From Cetorhinus maximus (Eukaryota), in contig NC_135880.1 in the NCBI RefSeq assembly GCF_964194155.1, positions 25,854,001 through 25,918,000 on the forward strand: a DNA stretch of 64,000 nucleotides, written 5' to 3'. The notes under the pieces are model-generated. The model was not told the DNA's origin. It did no database searches and worked only from the letters and a program-made list of their open reading frames with translations. The first letter of the stretch is position 1. Every line of letters begins with the position of its first letter. The position numbers were made by a program, and so were the translations under genes. Below are positions 24,323-36,150 of this stretch, piece by piece.

Positions 24323-24892
24323 GTAATGTATCTTCTACCTGATGGCTCCTTTGGTCTCAGGACACAGGAGCAGGTTGGGCAGCTATTGAAAATCATTATT
24401 GAAGAATGTCACAATCACCGTCCTTCAGTTAGAAAGATCCTGTGAAAGAAATGGCAATTCTTAAAAATTGAAGGCTGCCGCCATTAATGATTCACATCTC
24501 TTTGGGTGAGGATGCTTTGTTAGATGGAGCCTCATAGTTCGCAATTTTAAACTAACGTAGCAATTATTTATCTGTTGAAATGGATTCATAAATTTACAAG
24601 GGTACACTGATCAACTCCATGTTCCCAATGAACATTGTAGCACTGATTCACTGACCTTCAGGCCTGGGATTGATGAACTTACTCCACAGGGAAAACCATC
24701 CAATATGTTCTATGGCCTAGATCATCCAGTCTCCGGATAGTCGGAGACCAGACTTACCCCTCAAGATGCGCTTTAGGTCCCTGCGGAAGTCCTAACACAT
24801 TAAGTTGCCCAGGAAGTTTGAACTTCTGGTGGGCAAATCCCCTGCTCCCTGGGACCTTCCAAGAAAGTCTCCAACTTTGAGTTGGAATTGGA

Positions 24893-25661
24893 GGGCGGAA
24901 TCTTGTTGAGGTATTGGGGGTCTTGCCTGCCACCTGGAGAATCGACAAGAGACCCGCGCTGCCTCTTTTTGGGTGGGCCTGCTGAACCACAAGCCAATCA
25001 GGCAGTGGTGAGGCCAGCAGTGGGCCTTCTCTTGGGATTAAGAACCCAGGATCGGAAGTCTCTCCCACCGAGAGCTGTTGGCCTCTTGTGCACAGTAGCA
25101 CCACAGGAGAGGTGGTGGCTGCTGCAGGAAGGACAGGCACCAGTCCTGGGAATGCAGAGCGCACCAGGCCACAGGTAAGGAGGTAAAAATGTTGGGGCGG
25201 GGGATACGTTCACAGGGTAACAGGAAGAGGGGTATAGGGCAGTCAGCAGCAAATGGGTGGCGGGGGGTGGTGGGGTTTAGCTCTCCACAGGCACCCCTCC
25301 CCACTTCCCGATGTCCAATCCCTCGATCAGGCACTGAGTGCCTTTGTTCCTGAGATCACCCCCACCAGAGGTGAGAGACTGGCCGCACACTGTTACCTGT
25401 CATGCAAGCTGCATGGCAACAGATCTGCCTGCAGCAAGGTTAGTGCCAGAGGTGGAAGGGTGAGACCTTTAAGTGGCCATTAATTGGCCACTTAAGGTCG
25501 TGAATAGGCTGTGGGGCAGAGGTCGACTGTGGACCTTCTCACCAGAACTTAATTCTGGCAGAGGCGGTAAGGCAGTGGGGTTCCGGTACGCCACCATTCC
25601 ATCTAATCCATGTCATCCTCACTTCCAAGCTCACCACCAACAAAACCAGAAGGTTCCAGTC
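24893..25661. mobile_element. Nested Harbinger-type MITE
   Basis: Imperfect TIR GGGCGGAATCTT / AAGGTTCCAGTC; perfect 3-bp TSD GGA; absent from the 8546 copy of the host. Confidence 0.7.
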
Positions 25662-25914
25662 GGATGATCCAACTTACTTATCTGAATAGTTACCCAGGAA
25701 ATGCTGGACAGAAAAAAATCCTGGGCAAACTCCTCTGTAACTATACAACTGACCACCATCCCCCCACTCCCGACTCCCCAATGACCACCCGCCTCAGGAC
25801 CGTCCCCCAACCCAACCTGATTACTCGCAACATCCAACTCCCCCTCAATCCCCAATTTCTCCCCGATTCCCTCCTGACATGACCTGACCCGGCCTCACCA
25901 CCTTTCTCAGCTGC

Positions 25915-26100
25915 CACGTTGCCCAGCTACCACCCAACTCATCTACCAGACTAACCAACTGCCACCCTACCCAACTACCACCCTCTCCACCTACCACCCT
26001 ACCCAGCTACCACCCTATCTACCTACCACCCTACCCAACTGCCCCTACCCAGCTACCACCCTACCAAGTTGCCACCCTACCTAGCTGCCACCCTACTTCC
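25915..26100. repeat. ~16-bp minisatellite (CTACCACCCTACCCAG)n
   Basis: About ten diverged tandem units. Confidence 0.85.
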
Positions 26101-26554
26101 CCTTACCCCCTTACCTCACCCAACCTACCCACTTACACACCTACACATTCACTCATACACTCATTCGCTACCACACTGAGAAGCTTTTGGATGTTTAGCT
26201 CTTATTGCCAGAATATGACAGCTAGTTCTGTAAAAAAGGGGCATGGCTTCTGCTCCCTCCAAGGTCTCCAGTGCTGAGAACTTTTTGCAGCATCCTCCAT
26301 TGGAAGATTGGTCAGAAAATTTGGAGGAAGGTAAGTGGGTAGTTTTTTTTGTCTGATCAGGGTTGGGAACAGGGATTCTGAGCTTGATCAGAAGATTTGG
26401 GCCAATGTATTTTATTTATGCTAACAGCTTTCATCAATGTTTCTCCTACATTCCTGCACCTTATGAAAATGGTTCTTTTGTGATTAAAGTATCGTTGGAT
26501 ATTTGTATATTATTCATGGAGGAGATCTTTTCTGCAGGAAAATTGAATGGATAA

Positions 26555-26946
26555 AAGGGTTATGAGGGCAGGTCGCACAGATAAGGCTTCTGTTCCCTCT
26601 AGAGTAGAAGATTAAAGGAGATTAAAGATTATAGGAGATAGAATTGAGGTGTTTGAAATGATTAAAGGATTTAATAGACTGGATGGAGAAAAAGCTATTT
26701 CCTCTGGTGGGGGAGCCCAGAACAAGGAGCCATAACCTTTACAGTAACCTTTCAGGCATGATGTCAGGAATCAAGTCTTCATACAAAGGATAGTGGAAAT
26801 CTGGAACTTTCCCCCCCCCAAAGGGTTGCTGAGAGCAAGTTAATTGAATATTTCAAAACTGAGATTGATAGATTTTTGCTAAGCTGGGGCATTTAGGAAT
26901 ATGGATCCAAGATATGTAAATGGATTGAAGATACATAGCAGTCATG
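26555..26946 (+). mobile_element. CR1 3' fragment (resumes 29721-29780)
   Basis: CR1-type 3' coding/UTR sequence; its terminal GGCTGAATGG..CCTATGTTC lies after the nested CR1. Confidence 0.7.
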
Positions 26947-26949
26947 AAC

Positions 26950-29720
26950 ACTCTGAGATGGTGGAGGGGGAGGATGAACAGCCATGGTTCATATCGGTGC
27001 CAATAACATTGGTAGAAAGAGGGATGAGGTCCTGAAAACAGAGTTTAGGGAGCTTGGAAAGAAACTAATAAGCAGGACCTCAAAGGTAATCATCTCTGAA
27101 TTGCTCTGAGCACCATTCGCAAGTGAATCTAGAAATAGGAGGATGGAGCAGATGAATGTGTGGCTGGATAGATAGTGCAAGAGGAAGGACTTTAGATTCC
27201 TGAGACATGGTGACCAGTTCTGGGGGAGATGTGACCTATATGGGCCAGCAGGGTTGCACTGCAATAGAGCCGGGATCAATGTCCTTGGATCGACTTCCTA
27301 GTGCTATTTGGGAGGTTGTGGGGTGTGGGAACCAGGGGGCATTATTTGAAAGGGAAAATCAAGGTGTACAGAGAATTGGGAGAAAAAAATAGCACAACAG
27401 TGGGGAATAATAAGATGGTAGGTTGGGCCAAAGTAAAAGGGAATGTAATACGGACTAACTTATGTTTACTGTTCATGTTTATGAATGTGCAGAAGTAAAA
27501 AGGTTGGTGAGCTGAATGCACAGATAGCTATGATGTTGTGGCAATAACAGAGATATAACTTACAAAGAGGGAAGACCTGTGTAGCAAATATTCCTGGATA
27601 CAAGGCATTCAGAAATGATAGGGAAGGAAACAAAGGAGGAGGGGTAATAGTGCTGATTTTGGAGAATATTACAGTGCTGCAAAGAGGTGATGTCCCGGAA
27701 GAGTCAAGGACAAAATCTATTTGGTTACAGCTAAGCAACAATAAAGGTACCATTGCATTGTTGGGTGTATCCTGTAGGCCGCGAACTAGTGAAAAGATAT
27801 AGAGGAATAAATTTGCCAGGAAATTATAGAGAGGTGCAAGAATCATTGAGTACAAATAGTCATTTGGTAGTACAGAACTTGAGTATTGCTTTTCATTTTG
27901 CACTAATCAGGACAATCACAAGAATACCAATTTCAGGGGAAGCAACAGCTTTATACTGTATGGCCAGTGGACTCTGATTGAGAAGAGAGATTGGTATTCT
28001 TGATAAAGAGATTGATAAAAGAGAAGATATTTTAGGCTGGCTGTCACCAGGTCCAGATGAGATACATCTGAGGATACTGACGGAAGGAAGGGTTTAAATT
28101 CTGGAGGCACTGGCCATGATCTTCTATCTTCCTTAATCACAGGTGGTTCCAGAAGACTGGAGAATTGCAAATGTTGCATCCTTGTTCAAAAATAGCTGTA
28201 AAGATAAGCCCAGCAACTACAGTCCAGTCAGTTTAACCCCGGTGGTGGGGAAGCTTTTAGAAATGATAATTCAGGACAAAAGTAACAGTCACTTGGACAA
28301 ATGTGTATTAATTTAAGGAAAGCCAGCATGGATTTTTTTTAAGGGCAAATCAAGTTTAACTAAATTCCTTGATTTTTTTAATGAGAAAACAGAGAGGGCT
28401 GATGAGGATGATGCAGTTATTGTGTGTACTTGGACTTCCAAAAGGTATTGGATAAAGTGCTACATAGGCTTATCAGCAAAGTTAGACCCTATGGAATAAA
28501 GGAACTGTAACAGCATGTATATAAAATTGGCTGAGTGACAGGAAAGAGAGAGTAGTGGTGAACAGTTGTTTTTTCAGACTGGAGGAGAGAATATAGTGTG
28601 TTTTCCCAGGGCTCAATGAGGGAAGATAATGATAAACTTTAAGAGAACCTAGACAGGCTGGTGGAAAGGGTGGAAAAGTGACAAATGAAATTTAATGCAA
28701 AGAAGTATGAATTGATTCATTTTGGTAGGAAGAATGAGGGGAAGTAATATAAAATAAAGGGTACAATTCCAAAGGGAATGCAGGAGCAGAGGGACCTGGA
28801 TGCACAAATCATTGAAGGTGACAGGGCAGGTTGAAAAAGCATTTAATAAAGTGATAAAAACAGGAAATGCTGGAAAAACTGAGCAGGTATTGGCAGCATC
28901 TGTGGAGAAAACTCGAAGAATAGTACCAAAGAAGAGTCATATAGACTCAAAATGTTAACTCGCTTTCTGTCTCCATAGATGCTGCCAGATCTGCTGAGTT
29001 TTTCCAGCACTTTATGTTTTTATTTCAGATCTTTAGCATCCACAATATTTGTGCTTCTATTTTAGTGTTTAAGAAAGTACTTGTGATCCTGGGCTTTAAA
29101 AATAGAGGTGTCACATACAAAAGTAAGGAAGTTATGATAAACCTTTATAAAACATTGATACATCCTCAACTAGAATATTGTGTCCAGTTCTGGGCACTAG
29201 ATTTTAGGAAACATGTGAAGGCATTGGAAATGGTGCAGAAAAGATTCTCGAAAATGGATCCAGAGCAACTTGAGTTACATGGATAGATTGGAGAAGCTGG
29301 AAGTGTTCTCCTTGGGGAAGAGAAAATCAAGAGGAGATTTGATAGAAGTGTTCAAAATCATGAGGGGTCTGGACAGAGCAGATAGGGTGAAACTGTTTCC
29401 ATTGGTAGAAGGATTGAGAACCTGAGGGTACAGAATTCAGGAGATTAGAAAAAGAAGCAATGGTTATATGAGGAAAAGTTTTTTTATGCAGCGAGCAGTT
29501 AGGATCTGGAATGCGCTGCCTGAGAGGGTGGTGGAGGCAGAGTCAACTGAGGCCTTCAAAGAAGAATTTGATAATTACCTAAAGAGAAAAACATTGTGGG
29601 ACCAGAGGGAAAAGGCAGTGGAGTTGGAGTAGCCGAGTTGTTCCTGCAAAGAGATGGCACAGATATGACAGGGTTGAATGGCTTCTTTCTGTGCTGAAAG
29701 CATCCTATGATTCTATGATC
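26950..29720 (+). mobile_element. Long decayed CR1: ORF1 SGNH-esterase remnant, EN, RT, 3'UTR
   Basis: VHIGANNIGRKRDEVLK..MNVWLD..GLHCNRAG (ORF1); YDVVAITE, GGGV (EN); NYSPVSL, LDFQKVLDKV, LIHPQLEYCVQFW (RT); tail CTATGATTCTATGA. Confidence 0.9.
28853..29062 (+). mobile_element. Miniature Penelope-derived fold-back element with decayed hammerhead
   Basis: ~55-bp inverted arms (~28857-28910 / ~28963-29020) matching the pLTR end; approximate TSD TTTAATAAAGT/TTTAAGAAAGT. Confidence 0.75.
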
Positions 29721-30069
29721 CAAATGAATGTTAGGACAGACTCAAGGGGCTGAATGGACTATGCCTGTTCCCTATGTTCAATAAGTGTCAACTGGTACAT
29801 AATCTCTTACCAAATGAATATGAAAATGTCAAGATCCAGAGGGATTGCCACGACCAAAAGCTGAATGCTTATACCTTGCTACCAATTTTGAGCGTCTATA
29901 GAGTAAACTTGCACAGAAAGGTAACTTTTCAGAACCTCCTGTTATCCTATGTTTAAACTTAACTAACTGTCTGTGTGGCTTGACATGTGTGCTGTTGGAT
30001 CAGAACCGGCTTAAATTTAAAAATGAATCCAGGAAACTGTTGCCATCAGTCAGATTTTCAATCCTACAG

Positions 30070-30162
30070 ACAGATACTGTGTTTCGTCTGAGAAAAGGAT
30101 TATTAACAAGTGTGCGAGCAAGCGTGTTATCCTGACGCCCATGGAGCTCCATGGGACAGAGG
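30070..30162 (+). CDS. Candidate host exon (xRYCVSSEKRIINKCASKRVILTPMELHGTEx), unidentified
   Basis: Acceptor ..TTTTCAATCCTACAG; open frame with CpGs; needs a GC donor (G|GCAAGT); phase-compatible with 33953. Confidence 0.25.
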
Positions 30163-30345
30163 GCAAGTTAATCTTTGGAATGTTATAGGCATGACTGGGT
30201 TGCCAAATGTGAAGCAGGGTCCAAGCATATCAACATATAAATTATATCAGGATGAAACCAAAGACAACACAATACTTTAAAAAGTGTAATATTAATCACT
30301 AATTAGAGAAAATCAGCTTTGCTCAAAAATATATTCTGAAATATT

Positions 30346-30942
30346 GGGGTGAATTTCTCCTATGGCAAGCGCGATCGGCTGCGCGCCGCCATTTTACGCG
30401 GGAGGGCCAATTAAGGTCCGCCCAGCGTAACGCGTAGCCGGCAGCGTTCAGCGCTACCGGTGGGGGTGGGGTGAGGAGGGAGAGTCGGGGCCTGTGCGCA
30501 GCAATCTCCCTGAGGCAGCTCCGTGCCTCAGGGAGGTTAAACAGATAATGAAACTTTTTCGTAAATAAAGTTAAAAAAAAATTCAAACATGTTTGTGAAG
30601 TGTGGAAAATTTAATTTAATTATTTATGAAACTTTCAGGAGACTTCATCCCACCCGTGGATGAGGTTTCCTGGAAAACGCGAAGGCCGCTCAGGCTCTTC
30701 GCCTGCCCGCCAACCTTAAGATCGGACGGGCAGCGTTGTTAACAAGCTAAATTCCTTTTTTAATGACCTTAATAGGTGTTGACAGCTCGGCGGGCGCGCA
30801 GCTGCCTCTGGCACGCGCCCGCCAAACAGAATATCAAAATGACACGCGATGATGTCGGGACACACGCCAGATGTCACTCCACGTCATTTTGCGCATCAGC
30901 TTGTCGGGCCCATCCCCACATGCCGACAGAAATATTCTGCCT
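30346..30942 (+). mobile_element. MITE-A (PIF/Harbinger-type), copy 1
   Basis: TIR GGGGTGAATT / TATTCTGCCT, flanks ATT/GTT, CpG-rich; homologous to 32125, 50078 and 54329. Confidence 0.8.
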
Positions 30943-30989
30943 GTTAAGTTACTATCTAGGAACAAGATCTGTGGAGAATTAGGGACGTG

Positions 30990-33420
30990 GTAACATGAGT
31001 AGGCTATTTAGCCCCTCGAGTCTGTTATGCCATTCAGTCAGATTATGACTGATCTGCAACTTCTCTTCCTATCCCCACCTGTGGTTAACAAAAATTTATT
31101 AATCTTAATAAAGATTAAAAATTTTAAATTAACAATTGATCTAACATCAATAGCTGCTTCTGGAAGAGATTTCCAAACTTGCACCACTGTTTGCATGAAG
31201 CAGCATTTTCTAATTTTACTCCTGAAAGATCTGGCTTTAATTTTTTGGCTATACCCCCAGTCCTAGAGTCTCCAACTAGTGGGAATCGTTTTTTCCAAAT
31301 CTACCCTAATTCCCCTTACTATGTTGAAACCTTCAAAAAAAACCACCCCTCAATCTGCTAAATTTCAAGGACTAAGACCTTAGTTTGTGTATTGTCTCTT
31401 TGTAATTCCACTCTTTGAGTCCAGGTATCATTCAAGTAAATTTATGCTGTAGACCCTACAAGGCCAGTATGTCCTTCATAAGGTCTGGTTCCCAAAACTA
31501 TTCATAGTATTCCAGGTATGATCTAACCAGGGCTTTCTAAAGCTGAAGCATAATTCTACTGCTTTTTAGCCCTCTAGATATAAAGATCAGCATTCCGTTA
31601 ACCTTTTTAAGATATTTACTGTACCCATTTTAATGATCTGTGAACCAAGGCCCCAAAATGTTGGAGCTCCACTGCAAGTATCTAGCCTTTCACAATTTAG
31701 TAAGTACCTTATTCTCTCCTTTTAAGGTCCAAAATAGATAACCTCACATATTCCTAAATTGAAATGCATTTGCCACATTTTTGACCATTCATTTAATCTA
31801 TCAGCATCCCCTTGTAATTTTTAAGCTTTCATATACACTGTTTACAATATTAGTAGCAATTTTGGATACATGGCTTTTTATTCCATCACCAAAGTCATTA
31901 ATGAATACAGTGAATATTTGAGGCTCCAACACAGATTCTCACACGACACCACTTGTCACATTAGAGTACCCACGTATTAACTCTGTCTCCTGCCGTTCAG
32001 CCACTTTATTTTTAACCAAGTAAATAATGAGCTTTTAATTCCATGAGCCTCAGTTTTAGCCAATGGTCTCTAATGAGGCACTTCATCAAATGCCTTCTAG
32101 AAATCAATATAAGTAAGACCCATGGGGCAGAATTTTTCCCTTAGCGTGCGGGCTTGGCGGGTGCGGACGGGGGCGATTGGGAAGCCAACTGCCGCCCGAG
32201 ATCGGGCCCGGAAGGCAATTTCACTCTGGCGGGCCAATTAAGGACTGCCCAGCATGAAATGCCAGCAGCAGAACTGCGTGTGTGGGCAGGGGGTGGAGTG
32301 CAAGCCAGGCGAGCACGGACTTTGAGCATGTGCGCGAGTATGCGCCACACAATCTCGCTGAGGCAGAGAGCTGCCTCAGGGAGATGAACTGATTTCGGAA
32401 AAAATATTTTAAAATTTTATAAATGTAATGAAACACGTCCCCTCATGTGACTCTGTCACATGAACAGGGACATGTTATTAATGAAAAAATAAAGTTTTTA
32501 TTTGATTTTTATTTGCTTTTGGAAACCTCATCCCGCCCGTGGATGAGGTTTCTAAAAAAAGTACAAAGGCCGCTTGGCCTTCTCGCCCAGCAAAAAATTT
32601 AGGTTAATTGCCTTAATAGTTCTTTTAATTGTCAGTGGGCGTGTTGCCGACTCCAGTACCCACCCACCGACCGAAATACCGCGCAAGTGCGCGATGATGT
32701 CAGGACACACACCCGACGTCATCACGCGTCATTTTACACTCAGCCAGGTCAGGCGCACGCCCTCCCGCCGAGCTAAAAATTTTACCCATAAACATTTTCC
32801 TGTCCACAACTTCAGTTAAATTTAATCAGATTCATCAGGTATGACCTACCTTTTACAAATCCAAGCTGGCTCTCCGATCAGATGAACATTTTCAAGGTGT
32901 TCAGTCACCCCACCCTTAGTTATAATTTCTAGCAATTACCCAACAACGAATGTTTGCTAACTGGTCTATAATGCCCTGGTTTTCCTCTCTTGTCTTTTTT
33001 CAACAGTGGACCGATATGCACAATTTTCCAATCTAAAGAAAAATTCCTGAATCAAAAGCAGTTTAGAAGGTTTTAGTTGGGGCATCTGCAGTGTTTTCAC
33101 CTATTTCTTTTAAACCCTGATCCTGGGGATTTGTTGGTCTTTAGTGCCATTAACTTCTCCATGACCGTCATCTACCTTGCATTAATTTTGTTGAGGCCCT
33201 TTCCCTGATTCAATTATATTTTCCTTGGGATGAGTGACATGCTTGATATCTTCCTCTACTGTAAATACTGACGCAAAATAATTATTCAGCATGCCCGTCA
33301 TTTCCTTTTCTTCATTGTCATCATTGTTAACAGTTTTGAGGAGGCCCACATTGCTTCTTACCACTCTCTTTCTCCTACTGTAATTGTTAAAGCTTTTTTG
33401 TGTTGATTTTGGTACTGTTA
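30990..33420 (-). mobile_element. Decayed CR1 (linker-RT-3'UTR) with MITE-A insertion and deletions
   Basis: EKEMTGMLNNYFASVFTVEED; reverse-complement CR1 3'UTR at ~30990-31100. Confidence 0.8.
32125..32787 (+). mobile_element. MITE-A copy 2
   Basis: TIR GGGCAGAATTT / AAATTTTACCC, flanks ATG/ATA; three internal hairpins. Confidence 0.85.
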
Positions 33421-33952
33421 CTGCCCTACATCTGCTCGAAGGAGAACAATCCTAACTTCTCTAGTCTCTCCACATGCATGATGTTGAGTGAGAACTGGAT
33501 TTGGCCTCACTCTGCTAATTTCCATCGTCAAGATTTACACACGAATTAAATCCATCGGCCATCGGCCAAAAGACGACGGCTGCCAGAAAGGTGTTCACAT
33601 CTGCGAAGGAGGACAGAAAGTAGAAAATTGGCAAGAAGGAAAGAAAACCTGGTGGCATTGCAATTTGTAGCATCAGGTAAAACACGATTCCTTACCAAAA
33701 AAATCATGCCGAACAGATTTCATCTGAATGTATCAGGTAAAATTTCCACAAGATTTGCCTGATCTTCTACCATAACTTTGGTGAAGAATTGGCAGATACC
33801 TTAAAGAAATTGTATTTCTGCTGTTACTCCAGAGTTTCCATCAATCAGGAGAAGCCCTGTGGAAATTTTAGCTGACTTGTTTAACTTTTCTGCTAAGGAC
33901 ATAAAATCACAATCTGATTTGATTTTTTTTTGTTTTGTTTGTTTTTTTAAAG

Positions 33953-34038
33953 ATCCTCGGTGTGCTGATCTTTCAAAGGTCAGCCTCCAAACATTCCAGG
34001 AAATCATTGCAGAGGATTTGCTCCATCACCACAAATAA
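33953..34038 (+). CDS. Candidate terminal coding exon (xPRCADLSKVSLQTFQEIIAEDLLHHHK*), unidentified
   Basis: Long T-rich tract + AAG acceptor, protein-like frame ending in TAA; the tract could instead be a reversed A-tail. Confidence 0.25.
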
Positions 34039-34479
34039 CTTGCACAAATTTAACTATTTGAAAGAATTGCTACGACCTTTATAGGACTTTCTGAAAATGA
34101 AACTTGTGCCAGAGCAAATCCTTTTGCCATGAATGTTGAAATAAGGATAAATGCAATTATTATCAATTGCATTGTTCTAATGCACCCTGGATTTGGCGCA
34201 CACACACTCATGGTACAGAATAGTTTAACTGTGTGTTGGTGTTTCAAGCTATTGTTGGCAGGAGTACCAGATTTTTCCATTGTTGATAGTAATCCGAGTG
34301 ATTGGATTTCAGCCCTGCACTCTGGCTGTTTGATACCTTTATAGGGCTGTTGCAAAACGGTTTTTCAAAGAAAGTTATGAATGAATGATTGTTTTTTTAA
34401 AAGCATTCCACACTTGCTATTGTTATGAAAGGGTTAATTGATTCTGTAAAGAATGGATACCGGGTGAATGGGAATGGAA

Positions 34480-34790
34480 GTGCTGTAGGTTGGCATGAAG
34501 GGTATGAGGGGCCATTGGGAGTGGATAGAGGGGCATAGATTTGTTTGGATAGTATGAGGGGCCATTAGGAGTGGGTGGAGGGGCATAGGTTGACATGGAT
34601 AGTATGAGGGGCCATTAAGAGTGGGTGGAGGGGCATAGGCTGGCATGTATGGTATGGGGGCCTTTGGAAGTGGGTGGTGTTATAGGTTGGTATTGAGTGT
34701 ATGAGGGACCATGAGTGGATGGGTAATGGGGCATAAATTGGCATAGATGGGGCATGGGGCATGATGAGGAGTGGTGGTGAGGGCTAGAGG
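34480..34790. repeat. ~50-bp G-rich minisatellite inside a MITE-like element ending ~35018
   Basis: Unit ~GTATGAGGGGCCATTAGGAGTGGGTGGAGGGGCATAGGTTGGCATGGATA, 5-6 copies; element ends AAAATCCAGCC. Confidence 0.8.
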
Positions 34791-35344
34791 GCTTAATATT
34801 AAATAAAACAAAGGGGACAAAGCTCCAGAGCCCCAGGTGGGCCTTTTAACCAGCCCTTTTCAGCACTCAGCAGCTCCTATGGCTACTTCCAAACTGTTTC
34901 TAGGGCCAGAGTGCATGACTCCAGTTAGTACCTGCTCCCCAATCGAAAATCCCACCTTTGTAGGCACTTTCTCCTGAGTCCCAACTCCTGCCACCCGCCT
35001 CTCAGATGAAAATCCAGCCTACAGTCTCTGTCAGCATCAGCTGCTTGCACTAAAACAAACAAGTTGGCTTGACAGAGACCGACAATAAAGTTCAAGTTAC
35101 CCATTCTTAGGCCTGTTCAGTCCCTGACTAACTGCAAGTTCTTGTATTTAATCTATTTATCATTTATCAACTGTTTCCTCCATAAAACATGTTTCTGATG
35201 ATTCAGTAAATGGTGAAGATATGTAATCAGGAAATTTCAGTGAATGAGATTGTAAACATCCAATGAGCTGAGGAGAATTAATTGTAACATTTAGTTTAAG
35301 GACACTTCTTGATAAAAAAATCAATTTTAAAAACCCATTACTCA

Positions 35345-35410
35345 ATGCGGGACTTAAACCCCCACCATCCTTAGATTGAGAATTCCATTAACTACCAACT
35401 GAGCTAACCA
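35345..35410 (-). mobile_element. Isolated tRNA-derived SINE head / tRNA-like remnant
   Basis: Minus strand GGTTAGCTCAGTTGGTAG..GGTTTAAGTCCC; cloverleaf disrupted. Confidence 0.45.
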
Positions 35411-35629
35411 ACCACATCCAAAGTCCCTGACCAAAGACAGGACCAAGAACTCACTTTCAAGCCGTGTGCTGTAACTTGCGGGAAATGGATGGAATGCAAA
35501 ACAAACTCACTGGAGCCCCCATATTCTGAACTCCTGCCACCAACTAGAAAGCTGTCACGAAGTTACACATGTAGCGGCAGCTGCAGTTTAGGCAGAACGT
35601 GCATGTGCAACTCTTCCTGATGCCTTTCC

Positions 35630-35805
35630 AGTCAGTGGCAGAAGTTACAGTGATTATCCAATTGCTGTTTGTGGGACCATGCTGTCTGTAAATTGGCTGC
35701 CATGCTTTCTACATTACAAAAGTTACTAAACTGCAAAAGTACTTCGGTGGCTGTTATATGCTTTGGGTGCCATGAGGTTGTGATTATAATTGCAAGTTTT
35801 CTTTC
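35630..35805 (+). mobile_element. Deu-SINE 3' half
   Basis: ATTGCTGTTTGTGGGACCATGCTGTCTGTAAATTGGCTGCC..TGCAAGTTTTCTTT. Confidence 0.65.
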
Positions 35806-35859
35806 CAATCTTCATTAAACATGGTAGAGTGACTTTGAGTGTGTGTGGTGTTACAGATC

Positions 35860-36150
35860 ACTTAGAGAGCCCAAGTTGCTGTGACGACATGCACTTTTAC
35901 ATGCATGTTGTAGCCTGGAGCTAGGGATAGTGACGGTAGTGACTCCAAGTTTCTTTCCATCACACGGCTGACTCCGAATCTCTCTCGCTCTTACCACCTC
36001 CCACTGGCATATGTTGGAAGGATTTACAGAATGATAATCAGCCTGTTTGGCTGCATTATGAATGCGCCTTCCGTGACCATCAAGTCTCAGGGTAGGATTC
36101 GAACCTAGAGCTTCTGACTCAAAGGCAGGGACTGCGCACCAAGGCCTCCA
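35860..36150 (-). mobile_element. tRNA-headed SINE (different body)
   Basis: B box (GGATTCGAACC on + strand) at ~36095 within a tRNA-like head. Confidence 0.5.

Larger units (their letters stand above)
24714..26403 (+). mobile_element. MITE-B (Harbinger-type) with nested MITE and minisatellite
   Basis: TIR GGCCTAGATC / GATTTGGGCC, flanks TAT/AAT; homologous to 8546-9168. Confidence 0.65.

Noticed and set aside
24754-25483. Cluster of overlapping ORFs in GC-rich DNA
   Set aside because: All lie within nested non-coding MITEs; no domain signal.
26428-26489. Possible exon FHQCFSYIPAPYENGSFVIK in phase with the 24206 candidate
   Set aside because: Poor pyrimidine tract, weak donor, abuts a MITE end; similar chance candidates occur at ~19883, ~22909 and ~29830.
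34480-34790. CRISPR-like periodicity
   Set aside because: Head-to-tail diverged units with no unique spacers, no cas genes, eukaryotic context.
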